DNA of 64,000 nt, from contig OX597818.1 in NCBI GenBank assembly GCA_951406725.2, forward strand, positions 105,524,001 to 105,588,000, written 5' to 3'. The notes under the pieces are model-generated. The model saw nothing but the letters and a program-made list of their open reading frames with translations. It ran no database searches and was not told the DNA's origin. Positions 39,235 through 51,200 of this stretch are shown one piece after another. Both the position numbers and the translations under genes were made by a program. How positions within the stretch are numbered: position 1 is the first letter of the stretch; each line of letters starts with the position of its first letter. The DNA comes from Octopus vulgaris (taxonomy: Eukaryota).

Positions 39235-39270
<36 letters not shown>

Positions 39271-39299
39271 CATACACACACACATCTATGTATGTATAA

Positions 39300-39660
39300 A
39301 CTTAGATATGTTTCGACCAAAGATTGGTCCAGGCCACCTGATAAGATTATTTGAATCCTGTTTAAGTCAAGTTTTGTTTATGGTCCTTTCAAGTAGTGAG
39401 TTTTTGTTTGGTGAGTTGTATCCAATTATGGGTGGCTTATCTGGTATTCCTTGAAGGAATCTATCCCGACTCCGTTTAAAGTTGATGGGGTCCTTTTCCT
39501 CTTTGATCCCTTTCGGGACAATGTTAAATAGAGCAGGGCCTGTTGAGGAAAAGAAATTATGTTGCAGTGTACATGTATGCTGTGATCTGGAATTGGGCAG
39601 GGGACGTATGGCCCGTGGTCCCAGTCTTGGATGAACCTTGAAGCTAATGTTCAGGTCGTT
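39300..39660 (-). mobile_element. 3' end of a CR1/L2-like LINE ORF2 plus 3'UTR
   Basis: HPRLGP...FSSTGPALFNIVPKGIK...FKRSRDRFLQGIPDKP resembles the C-terminus of this LINE group. Confidence 0.65.
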
Positions 39661-39663
39661 TGT

Positions 39664-39726
<63 letters not shown>

Positions 39727-40094
39727 CATATACATACATATACATCTATATATATGTGTGTGTCACTGAAGCCATTCATACATACATAGAGAACCTCTCT
39801 TTCTCTTCACATGCACACCACACTTTCTCTCCCGCACATCCCATCAAACACACACATATACATACACACACGGCATGCCAACTTCAAAAGAACCTCCCTG
39901 ATCCAATTGCACTCTCCCTGTCTCTTTCGCTTTCATGCTGACTTCAAAAGATCCCCTTTCCCCCCACCCCACATATATAAAAAAATCAAAAAATTTTACG
40001 GAAAGTGACGATCTTCTTCAGAAACATAAATACATATGCATTGTGTTTGACAACTACGGTACTCATATCGTAATTTAGCTCCTCTCATCTATCC

Positions 40095-40345
40095 CTAGTT
40101 TCCGTATTGACGACCAGATAAGGGATCAGGGGACCCTGTCAAAGGCTTTCTCCGTGTCAATGAAAGCCAAATAGAGAGGTTTACCTTTGCCTATGTATTT
40201 CTCCTGCAACTGTCTTACCAGAAATATAGCATCAGTAGTGCTCTTCCCTGGTAGACTCCCAAACTGTATCTTGTCTAATCTAACTCGCTCCCTAATTAGT
40301 TGGACTATGACACTCTCTGTGATTTCCATTACCTGATCCAATAAT
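40095..40345 (-). mobile_element. Short RTE LINE RT fragment
   Basis: QFGSLPGKSTTDAIFLVRQLQEKY...FIDTEKAFDRVP, paralogous to 44215-44430. Confidence 0.9.
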
Positions 40346-42592
40346 AAAAGTCATGGAAGAAATTCATGGGAGTGATGACAGAATGGAGATTAGGAGGCAC
40401 AGGTATCAAATAGATCTGATGAGATCTTTGCCAGAAAAATCAGTGGACCAGGAGCCTGCGGTGGCATTAGAATAAACAGCAAGTGAATGGTTCCAACTGA
40501 GCAGTGTTTTAGACATTGTATCATAATTTGAATGGAATGGAAACTGCTCCCCTTCCAAACATGCCGAAGGAGCATTTCTTACAGTCAAATTCTACCTAAA
40601 AGTTTCAAATCTTAAATCTGTTTGAGCTGACATCATACTACCATTTTGACTCAAATTGCAGCATTGAACTTCTGTTGGGGGAAACCACTACAACAGAGAG
40701 AGTGCCTGACTTGACAGTGGAATAGTATTTGTAGAGTTTGGGGAAAATAAAGGCTTGCCTGACAGCAGGATAGCTTTTCCTTGGATGTAGTCTGGTATAT
40801 GTGTAGGTACAGGGGATAACATCTGTTTAGATATATGTGGGGGATACTGTACGATGTTAGCAGGAATAGGCCTTCATAATTGGTTATTGCCTTCTTTTGG
40901 CTTTGCTCAACCAGAGTTTATCCTGGATACTAGCAACTGTGGTTGCAATAATAAAAATATTTCCCACCTTTAACAAGCACAATCTGCAACCTTTCAGAAG
41001 CTATTATCTTTCTTTTCTTTTTTTGCAATTATTAAATACAAAAAAATATGATATACACCACTGAATGACGAATGGTAGAATGTTTTACAATATTTGTTTG
41101 AAGTTTACATGTTCTTTATGTTAACACTATTTCTCTTCATTCCAAATCACAAGAATTATTCTCATGTCAATACAGTTTTAATGTTGTTTTCATGTAACTG
41201 AATATGAAAACTAACATTCCCTCAACATGCTCCTGCTTACGATGTTTCACTGCTTTCTCTCTAAACCATTATTTTCACTAGTAATTTGTCCCTGTAGACT
41301 TGTTTATTATCTTAAACAGCTTCCATAACTGGGTTTCAAGATCAGCTTCATAAAAAGTAGCACAATGTCTTAAAAAAACCCAGCTATTTGTATTAGAAAG
41401 TAGCCCAAAATGAAAATGCGTACACACATCCATCCATCCATCCATCCATCACCATTTTAATGACCATTTTCCCCTGTTTTCAAAGATGGAATTTGTTGTT
41501 GAGATATTTTCTGCTGCTCAGTGTCCTTTTCATTAACCCTCATTTATTTCCAAATGAGGAAATATTTCCTCATTTTTCACTTATATTTGTAATTGTCTGA
41601 TTTTGTAAATAATAATGAATCCATGATGAAATGTTAAGGTAGTTATTAAATATTTTAAACATGAAGATACAATATCATTGCTTGAAGATTATTTAGCCTT
41701 AGAAACCAAACCAAGATGGAAATGCATGAGATAGACATGGTCCTCAGATTTGAAAGTCTAAATGAGAACTCTGACCATGACAATCCGTCCAACATTATTC
41801 CAGCATCGAATGTAGGTATAAAATGATAAAGATTATGTTGGTGGTGGTAATGGATATAGCTGTTATTGTTTTATTTTTATTGTTCAGAATAATATTGTCT
41901 TTTTATATGTAAATTTCAAAATAGAAAACAGCGGTTTCTTTTTAAATCTTTATTTTACTGCTATTATTGCCTACACTACATCTACACTGCCATTTCTTGC
42001 TCTTCCTCCCTCAAGAAGGCCATTCTTTGCATCTTTGTAGTGGTGGGGAAGGGAGAGAGAGAGAAAGAAAGAGGTGATCACTGGATTGAAATCTCTTATA
42101 ATACTTAACTGGTTCCAATTTTATTGGTACAAGTATGAAGGAAGCTATTGCTGACCTTTGCAGGATTTGAACTCAGTAAGTTAAATTCATATAATCCATC
42201 ACTAATCAGTGACCTGAAGCATTTCATAATGATTTCCAGCTGGGTAGATAATAGAACTAAATATTGTTTCTACCATACCTTCCACATCAAACTCTTATAT
42301 GTTTTTATTTTTTTTTTTTATCTAATTAGTTCTTAATGTGTTGTGATCATAACTTTTTCTGGTCTCATTTATCTGTTGTTGTTGGTTAACCCCAGGCCAA
42401 TGTTAATCAAAAGCTTTCCAGCTATGACAATTTCATCTCTGTTCAGACATATTTAAGTCCATGTTATCCCATATATACTTCAGTTTGGCTTTATACTACT
42501 CATTCCATCTTCTTAGTAAATCAAGCAAAAATACTCAGCTAAGAGTAAATCTCTGAGTTCATACACCACATATATACATTATATATATATAT

Positions 42593-45470
42593 CATCGTCG
42601 TCGTCGTTTAACATGCGCTTTCCATGCTGGCATGGGTTGGATGGTTTGACTGAGGACTGGCATGCCAGAAGGCTGCATTTAGGTTCTAATCTGATCTGGT
42701 AATGTTTTTACAGCTGGATGCCCTTCATAATGCCAACCACTCCATTTTATGTGCCACTGGCATGAGGGTCATTCAGGTGGTACTGGCGTCGACCACACTC
42801 AAGTGGTGCTTTTTAAATGCCACTGACACAGGGCCAGTCAGGTAGCATTGGCAGCAATCATGTTCAAATGGTGCTTTTTACGTGCCAATTAGGTGGTACA
42901 GTCATCGGCCATGACAATAACTTCACTTGACTCAACAGGTCTTGGCAGGCATAATTTATTGCTCAATGATTGAAGGGTATTCTTAAATGGGACGGTTATG
43001 CTGCACTGGGATAGGCCACAGTTATGGTCTCACTTGGCTTGCTGGGTCTTCTCAGCACAGCATATCTCCAATGGTCTTGGTCACTTGTCATCACCTCCGT
43101 GAGGCCCAACGTTCGAAGGTCATGCTTCACCACCTCCTCCCAGGTCTTCCTGGGTCTATCTCTTCCACAGTTTCCTTCTGCTGCTAGGGTGTGACACTTT
43201 TTCACACAGCTGTCCTCATCCATATGCAACACATACCAGTGCAGTCGTCTTCCTTGCACACCACATCTGATGCTTCTTATGTCCAACTTCTCTCTAAGGG
43301 TGCTTACACTCTGTCATGTATGCACACTGGCATTACACATCCAGTGGAGCATACTAGCTTCATTTCTTGCAAGCTCACATACGTCCTCAGTAGTCACGCC
43401 CCATGTTTCACTGCCATGTAGCATGGCTGTTCGCACACATGCGTCATACAATCTACCTTTTACTCTGAGCGAGAGGCTATTTGTCGCCAGCAGAGGTAAG
43501 AGCTCTCTGAACTTTGCCCAGGCTATTCTTATTCTAGCAGCTACACTTTTAGAGCACCCCACCCCCGCTACTGACTTGGTCACCTAGGTAACAGAAGCTA
43601 TCAACTACTTCTAGTTTTTCCCCCTGGAATGTGACAGAAGCAGTTTTCTGCACATTTTCAGTGTTTATTGCCCCAGAGCATTTGCCACATACAAATACTA
43701 TCTTCCCAGTTAGCCTTCCTTTTTTATTGCTGCACCTTTTATGTGTCCATAGTTTACACCAAATACATCTTATGAAATTTCTACCTATGCCTTTTCTACA
43801 GATCGCACAGGGCCATCTACCTGCAGAGATTTGTGGTTTGTCTACCTTCCTACTTATTACGACTTTAGTTTTGCTAGATTGATTCTAAGGCCCTTCAATT
43901 CTAGACCTTGCTTCCACACCTGAAACTTCTCCTCTAGTTCTGATAGTGACTCAGCTATTAGAGCAAGCTCATCAGCATAGAGAAGCTCCCAGGGGCATCC
44001 TGTTTTGAATTCCTCTGTTATTGCCTAGAGGACTATAATGAATAAGAGGGGGCTGAGTTCTGATCCTTGATGGACCCCCTACTCCTATCTAGAATTATTC
44101 ACTGCACTCGTTGTCAACCCTCACCTTACTGACAGCATCTCTGTACAGGGCTTGTACCACTCTCACTAACTACTCATCTATCCCTAATTTCCACATTGAC
44201 TATCAGATAAGGGATCAGGGGATCCTGTCAAAGGCTTTCTTCATGTCAATGAAAGCCAGGTACAGAGGTTTATCTTTAGCTAGGTATTTCTCCTGCAGCT
44301 GCCTTACCAGAAATATATCATCAGTGTTGCTTTTCTCTGGCTCAAACCCAAACTGCATCTCGTTTAAACTGACTCTCTCCCTAATTAGTTGGGCTATGAC
44401 CCTCTCTGTGACTTTCATTACCTGATCCAACAACTTGATACCTCTGTAATTATTCATATCTGATGCATCATCTTTACCTTTGTAGCAGTTGACTATGGTG
44501 CTGCTACACCAGTTATTGGGTATGACTCCATGAATCACCTGATTGACTATACACGTGACTAGACTATAGCCGACACTGCCAGATATTTTAAGCATCTCTG
44601 TGGTGATTCCTGATGGGCCAGGGGCTTTCTCTCTCTTCATACCTTTAATTGCTTTATCTATCAAGGTACTGTCAATTCGGATATCTGGTCCATCTGTTGG
44701 GTTGACATTAAGCAGACTCTCTGTCTCCCATTCATTCTCTTCATTTAGCAACCTTTCATAGTGGTGTCTCCAAGTTTCTCTTTCTGCAGCCTCATTAAAT
44801 GCAAGTGGGCTATCATCCATGCAGATACATTTCTCTCCTATGACATCACGATTCTCTCTCACACACTGTCTTGCAACACAAAACACTTCAAGTCTTTGGT
44901 CCTCACAATGCAGAACATTGACAAATTTTTTCTTATCTGCTTCCCCTCTGGCTAAGTAAACTTTTCTCCTAGCTTCCCTTCTAGCAATCTGATACAATTC
45001 CCTGCTACCACTACTCTTCCAGTCCTTCCATGCCTGTTTCTTTTCCCTAATGGCCCTGTCAATTACATTGTTTCACCACCATGTTACCTTGGATCGAGAG
45101 AGGACTTTGCACTATCCACAGATCTGGTCAGTAGCTCTCAACAGGTTGTCCTGTAGGAACCTCCAGTTGTCTTCTATATCATGTGTTGCTTATATCCCCA
45201 TCTATTTCATCAAAATCTTTTAGTAATACATCTCTAAGTCTCTGTCCATTTGCAGGATGTTTAAACTCCATGCCAGTCATCTTCTGGGCATCCATTTAGC
45301 CCTGATCCTGAAGTCACTAACTACTAACCTATGTTGCAGGGTGCATTCTTCACCTGGGAAGGTTTTGGCATTTATAAGTAGTCATCTTTCCTTTTTCCTG
45401 GCGAGGATGTAATCAATTTGACTAGTGTGTCCATTAGATCGGTAGGTGAATAGATGACTGGCAGGTTTCA
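42593..45470 (-). mobile_element. 5'-truncated, decayed RTE-clade LINE with 3'UTR and (GAC/GAT)n tail
   Basis: ORF 44215-44997 has KAPGPSG, YRGIKLL, QFGF, FIDMKKAFDRIP; downstream GVHQGS, ELLYADEL, YLG, AMLHGSETW, RRLHWY, GRDRPRKTW; end of the endonuclease region near 45300-45440. Confidence 0.95.
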
Positions 45471-45497
45471 TGTTTTATATATATATATATATGTAAA

Positions 45498-46633
45498 TGA
45501 GGGGAAATCAAAAAAATTTGCCATAACATATCTTTATTATTGTCACACTGCCTTCTGTGCATGCTTATAGTTGGTACTATTGTGGTCACATGATCAAAGT
45601 TTGAGCCTGATCGTGTCCTTTTTCTTTCTGACTTTACACTGTAAACATGGCCACTTCACTAACAATGTGCACCAGAGAAGAACAAAGAGCAGTGATCCAA
45701 TTTCTCTGGTTGGAAGGTATGTCAGGTGTTAAAATTCATCAGAGGCTTTTAGCACAATGCAGGGACAGTGCACTACTGTGTAGAAGTTTGTATGAGTGGA
45801 TTAAGAAGTTTAAGAGTGGCCAAACAAATGTGATGCATGACAAAGGAGCAGGATGCCTGTCAATCACCACCACTGACAAGAAGATTTAGCAAGCTTGAGA
45901 GGTAGACCGGTAAATTATCATCGATGAGGCAGCTTGTTCTCTACAGATTAGTCATGGTTCTGTTGATCAAATCATTGATGAGCTTGGCTTCCATAAAGTC
46001 TGTTTAAAATGGATGCCAAGAGAGCTTACTGCAGAGCACAAGTGCAAATGTCTTGAGGTCTGCCAACATTTACTCAATCACTACAACAATGAGGGCAAGG
46101 AATTTTTGAGCAGAATAGTCACAGGTGATGAAACGTGGGTCCATCATTATGAGGCAGAATCCAAAAGACAGAGTATGGAGTGGAAACATCCTGGCTTGCT
46201 GGCAACAAAGAAATTCAAGACTCAGTGTTCCATGGGAAAGGTGATGCTCACCCTTTATAGGGACTCAAAAGGATCTATACTAGAAGACTACCTGGGAAGG
46301 TTGTGTACAATCAACAGTGCAATATTCAGTGCTTTGCTGGCCAACAAACTGAAGCCAGTAATTCGCTATAAGCCTCCGATAAATTTCAGTATCCAACACA
46401 CCTTCCAACCAGGGAAATCAGATCACTGCTCTTTGTTCTTCTTTAGTGCACATAGGCTAGTAGGGCAGCCTAGTTACACTGTAAAGCCAGAAAGAAAAAT
46501 GGCATGATCAGGCTCAAACTTCGATCATGTTACCACAATAGTACCAACTATAAGCAAGCATGTGCAGAAGGCAGTGTGACAATAATAAAGATATGTTATA
46601 GCAAAAGTGCAGATAATTTTTTACTTCCCCTCA
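45498..46633 (+). mobile_element. Defective mariner transposon with ~250-bp inverted ends
   Basis: EQRAVIQFL, WMPRELT, IVTGDETWVHHY, KRQSMEW, GKVML motifs with stops. Termini tgaggggaaatcaaaaa / ttttttacttcccctca|TA. 46371-46633 is an inverted copy of 45498-45747. Confidence 0.92.
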
Positions 46634-47894
46634 TAAATATGTGTGTGTGTGTGTATAAAATACACACACACATACATTCTTATGTATGGTGTTATGAGCT
46701 GAGATAGTGGATGAGACGGGGAATAGAAGTGGTGTGAGAGATGTGGTTGTATTGATGAAGATGGCTATTAAACTGCAAGGAATTAGCATTTTGGCAAGTT
46801 TCAAGCTGTTATGTTTAAGAGGTCCAAATTTGTCTCTAGAAATTAACAAAGATGCCCAGCTAGATGTAGAGGGAAAAATAGAAGCCAGGTTAAAAGAAGA
46901 CTTTATAAAAGGAGCATTTTTGGTATATGCCTGGCTAGGAAGTGCAAGATAGATTGGGGAACAGGTGGACATGTTCACCAATGAGATCAGAAGGTTGATA
47001 GGTCTGACTGGGTGTATTGGAGAAGGGCTGGAGAGGACAGTCAAGCCGAATTTTGTAATTTTTTTCTCTGATTATATTTTGATAGAGCTACAGCAGTTGC
47101 CAGATATCATGACCATGGCTTTGAGGATTTAATTACCAACAAACAGAGCATAAAACTTTGCAGTAATAGCTACAGTGGAGCAGGGGGCAATGCGACTGCA
47201 AACTGAGAGTTTTGTCAGCTATGGAAACCAAATCTCTCATTCCCAAACTGATAAGAATGAAAATACAGAACATTTGCTGATGTGTGTAAAGCTTGGTCAT
47301 GCTAGAATTAAATAATGTCACATGAAGCAGTGTTGAATAAAATATATCTAACATGCTTGAGTGTTTTCATGTGTAAGAAAACCTTCTGCAGAAATGTATG
47401 TATCCTACAATCCAGTGACATCATTCACAGCCCAAGATGTGCTTTCACACATGTCTAAGTGGAGAATTTTCTCCTGGGACTATTCTGAAATGGAATGTCT
47501 TCTCATGTTTGAATACACTAAAATGTATTAAATTTGATTTCACAGAAATATATTATATTCAACTCTGCTTTATGCAATGTTATTTCATTCTGGCTTGACC
47601 AACATGCTTGATCAGCATACATACTGTATGCTGTTTTAATAAGATAGATTTTGTTCTTATCATGCTGTGAATGACAGATTTGGTTGTTGTAGCTGATAAA
47701 GTGAAAAGAAGCAGAAATGCATGCATCCTAAGATTCAAAGGTGTCATTCACAGCCCAAGATCTGTTTTCACATATCTAGGAGGTGAATTTTATCCCAGGA
47801 CTAGTTCCACAACAAAGGTTCTTCTCATGCAAATTCATTTGAATATGTCAAATATGACTTTATGTGCGTGTGCTAATGTGTGTTGATGTATGTA

Positions 47895-48092
47895 TATTTT
47901 ATTTGTTTCAGTCATTTCCCTGCTATTTCTAGCGCCACCTTTAGTCAAGCAAATCAACCCCAGGACTTATTATTTGTAAGCCTAGTACTTATTCTATCGG
48001 TTTTTCTTGCCAAACCACTAAGTGATGGAGACGTAAACACACCAACATCGGTTGTCAAGTGATGTTGGGAGAGTACAAACACCGATACACAA

Positions 48093-48127
<35 letters not shown>

Positions 48128-48262
48128 ATGGTTTTCATTCAGTTTCCATCTACCAAATCCACTCACAAGGCTTTGGTTGGCCCGAGGCTTTAGTAGAAGA
48201 CCCTGAACCCAGAACCATGTGGTTGGTAAGCAACCTACTTACCACACACCCACTCCTGCGCC
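47895..48262 (-). mobile_element. tRNA-derived SINE, family A
   Basis: Same family, with internal (CA)n and a small deletion in the core. Confidence 0.8.
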
Positions 48263-48274
48263 TATATATATATG

Positions 48275-48306
<32 letters not shown>

Positions 48307-49618
48307 TATATAAATACCATTGCACAAAACGCTTGCCTCTTGAATCACTAACTTTTGTTGATTAAATAAACGTATGTGTATGCATATAATATATATTTAT
48401 ATATATGTAAATATGTGTTTATATTTATATATTTATATGATGTCTATTATACATACATACATATATATGAATATGCTTGTTATATATATATATAGCATGT
48501 GCATGTTTGTGCATATATGTAAGCTGTCAGTTTTTACAACTTTATTTTTGCTCATAGAACTGCATAACATTTAACTGATGAGTCAACCCAGCCATAGATG
48601 TACATCTGATATGTATTAGTAGATATGTAGGTTGTCTGCTAGCCTTGTGTTCTTCACTGCAAAGTTTACAATAAATTGTCTACTTATATATTGGAGCAGG
48701 GAGCATCTGCATGGTTGCTTGACCTGCTAGAAATAGCAGGGAAATTATGCTTAATCATTCTCTACCAATGGATATATTTGCATAACACCATTTGGTGCAC
48801 ACTGTCAGAGAGATATCAGTAATATTTATGAGTGTATGCATGTGTATGTATTTGTATGTTCATAAATATATATATGTGTGTATGTACACATACATATCTA
48901 TATATGTATTTACACACACACACACACACACACGTATACTCACGCACACTTATGATGGGATGGATTTCCAAGCATCTTCTTGTTACCAATTCTGTTAATA
49001 AGGTTTTGATTGGCCTGCAGCTTTTATAGAGATGCCACACAGTAGGACTGAATCTGAAACCACATGGATGGGAAGCAAATTACATAACCACACATCTATA
49101 GCACTTTTCAAAACAGACCTCTTATATATGATAGCCAATATACATTTTCATAAGCACATTAATTACTTTCAAAATTAACATATTTTTGATATCAAAGATT
49201 TATAGAATTCTAAAAACATTTTTATTTTCTCCATTAAAACTAGTATCTTATACGAAGTTGAAAATAACATAAATACTGAACTACATAATAAAAACATCAC
49301 TAAAAATTATAGGAAGACTAGTGCACACACATCACCATTATTTTAACATCCACTTCTCCATGCTTGCATGGGTTGGATGGAATTTATTTAGGCAGATTTT
49401 CTACAGTATGATACCCTCACTTTTGCCAAAACATCATCTGTGTCCAAGTAAGGTAATGTTCCCCATGGCCAGATATGTTTTCATAGAAGATTGGAAATGA
49501 AGGTCATGGCTTGCATGAAAATGACATTCATTTATAACACTTACATGAAGTCAAAGCAAGGAGACAGTAACACACACACACACATGTGCACACATATACA
49601 TACATTTACACATATTAT

Positions 49619-49758
49619 ATATTATTTAATAAACACAGTATATATTTTTTATGAGTTACCAATAGTTTCATGCGATGAAAACAACTCCAACAGCATTTTC
49701 ATCGCATGAAAGTATTAGTAGCTCATAAGAAATACATACAGTGTTTATTAAATAATAT
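49619..49758. repeat. 140-bp hairpin (63-bp arms, 14-nt loop), MITE-like
   Basis: atattatttaataaacac...tttcatgcgatgaaaa / caactccaacagca / ttttcatcgcatgaaa...gtgtttattaaataatat. Confidence 0.88.
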
Positions 49759-50129
49759 TTATCTCGCACCAGATTTTATTTCTATGAAAGACTCATCATC
49801 ATCATCGTCAACAACATTTAATGTCCATTTTGCATACTGGCATGTGCTGGATGACTTGACAGGAACTGGCAAAGCAAGGGGACACACCAGGTTCCATAAT
49901 CTATTTTGGCTTGATTTCTACAGCTGGATGCCTTTCCTAATGCCAACCACTTTATGTACTGGGTTCTTTTTATGTGACACCAACACCCACTCCAATGCTT
50001 TTTATGTGGCACTTTGGTTTTATGATCTCAATTCTTTTGTGGCGGGCTGCTCTTCTTGAGTGCAGTAACATGCCACATATCTCTTGTTTATCAATAATCA
50101 TTCTGCCTGATCAAAAAAATTAGATCCTG

Positions 50130-51200
50130 CAGGTTCACTTGAGGTTTGTATAGGATTATTTGATGTGTGATTGTATTGGCTTATACATACTAAATGTTCT
50201 AAAAATGAACTTCACTTCATTAAATTTAAGACTATACAGAGATGGTTGACTAGCTTTTTTATCATCATGTCAACAGGTATACATATGATACCTTTAGGAA
50301 AATTTTATTGGCACGTTCAAGAATTTTGGTCTAAAGAGAATTATAAAATAATACAGCATTTGCATCCTAGGTGTCAGTCATAACTTACACAAACAAATAA
50401 ATATAGACCATAAAGTAAACCAAATGAGAAACTTATGCATATTAACAAAAGTTCCTGTCATTGACCTATAGCCTTTAAAAATCTAGTTAGCAGAAGATTC
50501 CTCAGCCTCTTTTCAAATGAAGAAACCTTTCATAAGGAAACCTTATATTTTAATAGTGCTCTTGCAAACAGTAGTTTTAAAAACTAATTACTTACTCACT
50601 CTACTAAAATATTACACTAAGAATAGATCCTTTAATATTGTATTATCCACACCCCTTTTTCCTTTAAGCATCTCCAAGCATTTCTTAGTCCCAATAAACC
50701 TTTTCCAATTGATCATCATTACAGGAAAGTCTTTAAAAAGAACTTCATAAAAGTTAGTTGCAAACAGTATAATGCATGAGTCAAGAATATCAATCCACTC
50801 AAGGAAAACTGATCTTATAGAAAACTAATGCTTGCCCTCTCAATCAATCATGCAATGCCAAAACTATAATATATGAAGCGGAAATTGTTTCTGCAAATTT
50901 TAATTGAATGACAGTGCAAAAGTACAACATAGAAATGACAGAGGATAAATTTAATTGATGAGATTTTAGTCATATGTCATCCTTCAGCATGCTCAAAAGA
51001 GGAACAAAATCTTTGTCGAGCTGCTTTTGAGCTTACATAACACTGATTTCAATATTAAGTGGAAGATTCTATAGGAAGCAGATTCTGTATAAATTTGCAC
51101 GAATGAGATCTTCATATTGAAAAACACACACAGAGAAAATCTGTAAATTACCTAAATACAAGATCAGAATTTTTGTTGAAGCATCACCTACTCCACAAAT
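50130..51200 (+). mobile_element. Highly decayed Penelope-like element (Neptune-type)
   Basis: Remnants across frames: CDCIGLYIL, LYRDG (LYRDDGL), FKNFGLK, KYRP*SKPNEKLMHINKSSCH, ACPLNQSCNAKTIIYEAEI (Cys linker plus GIY half), EMTEDKF, SHMSSF, DFNIKWKIL. Confidence 0.7.

Noticed and set aside
40345-40600. Possible coding exon (ORFs 40390-40575 and 40406-40588)
   Set aside because: No clear splice signals; fragments such as HVWKGSS and CHRR in different frames look more like an ancient LINE remnant.
48570-48640. CTGATGA-gtcaacc...ggttgtc as another hammerhead
   Set aside because: No GAAA follows the putative stem II, and stems I and III cannot be drawn.
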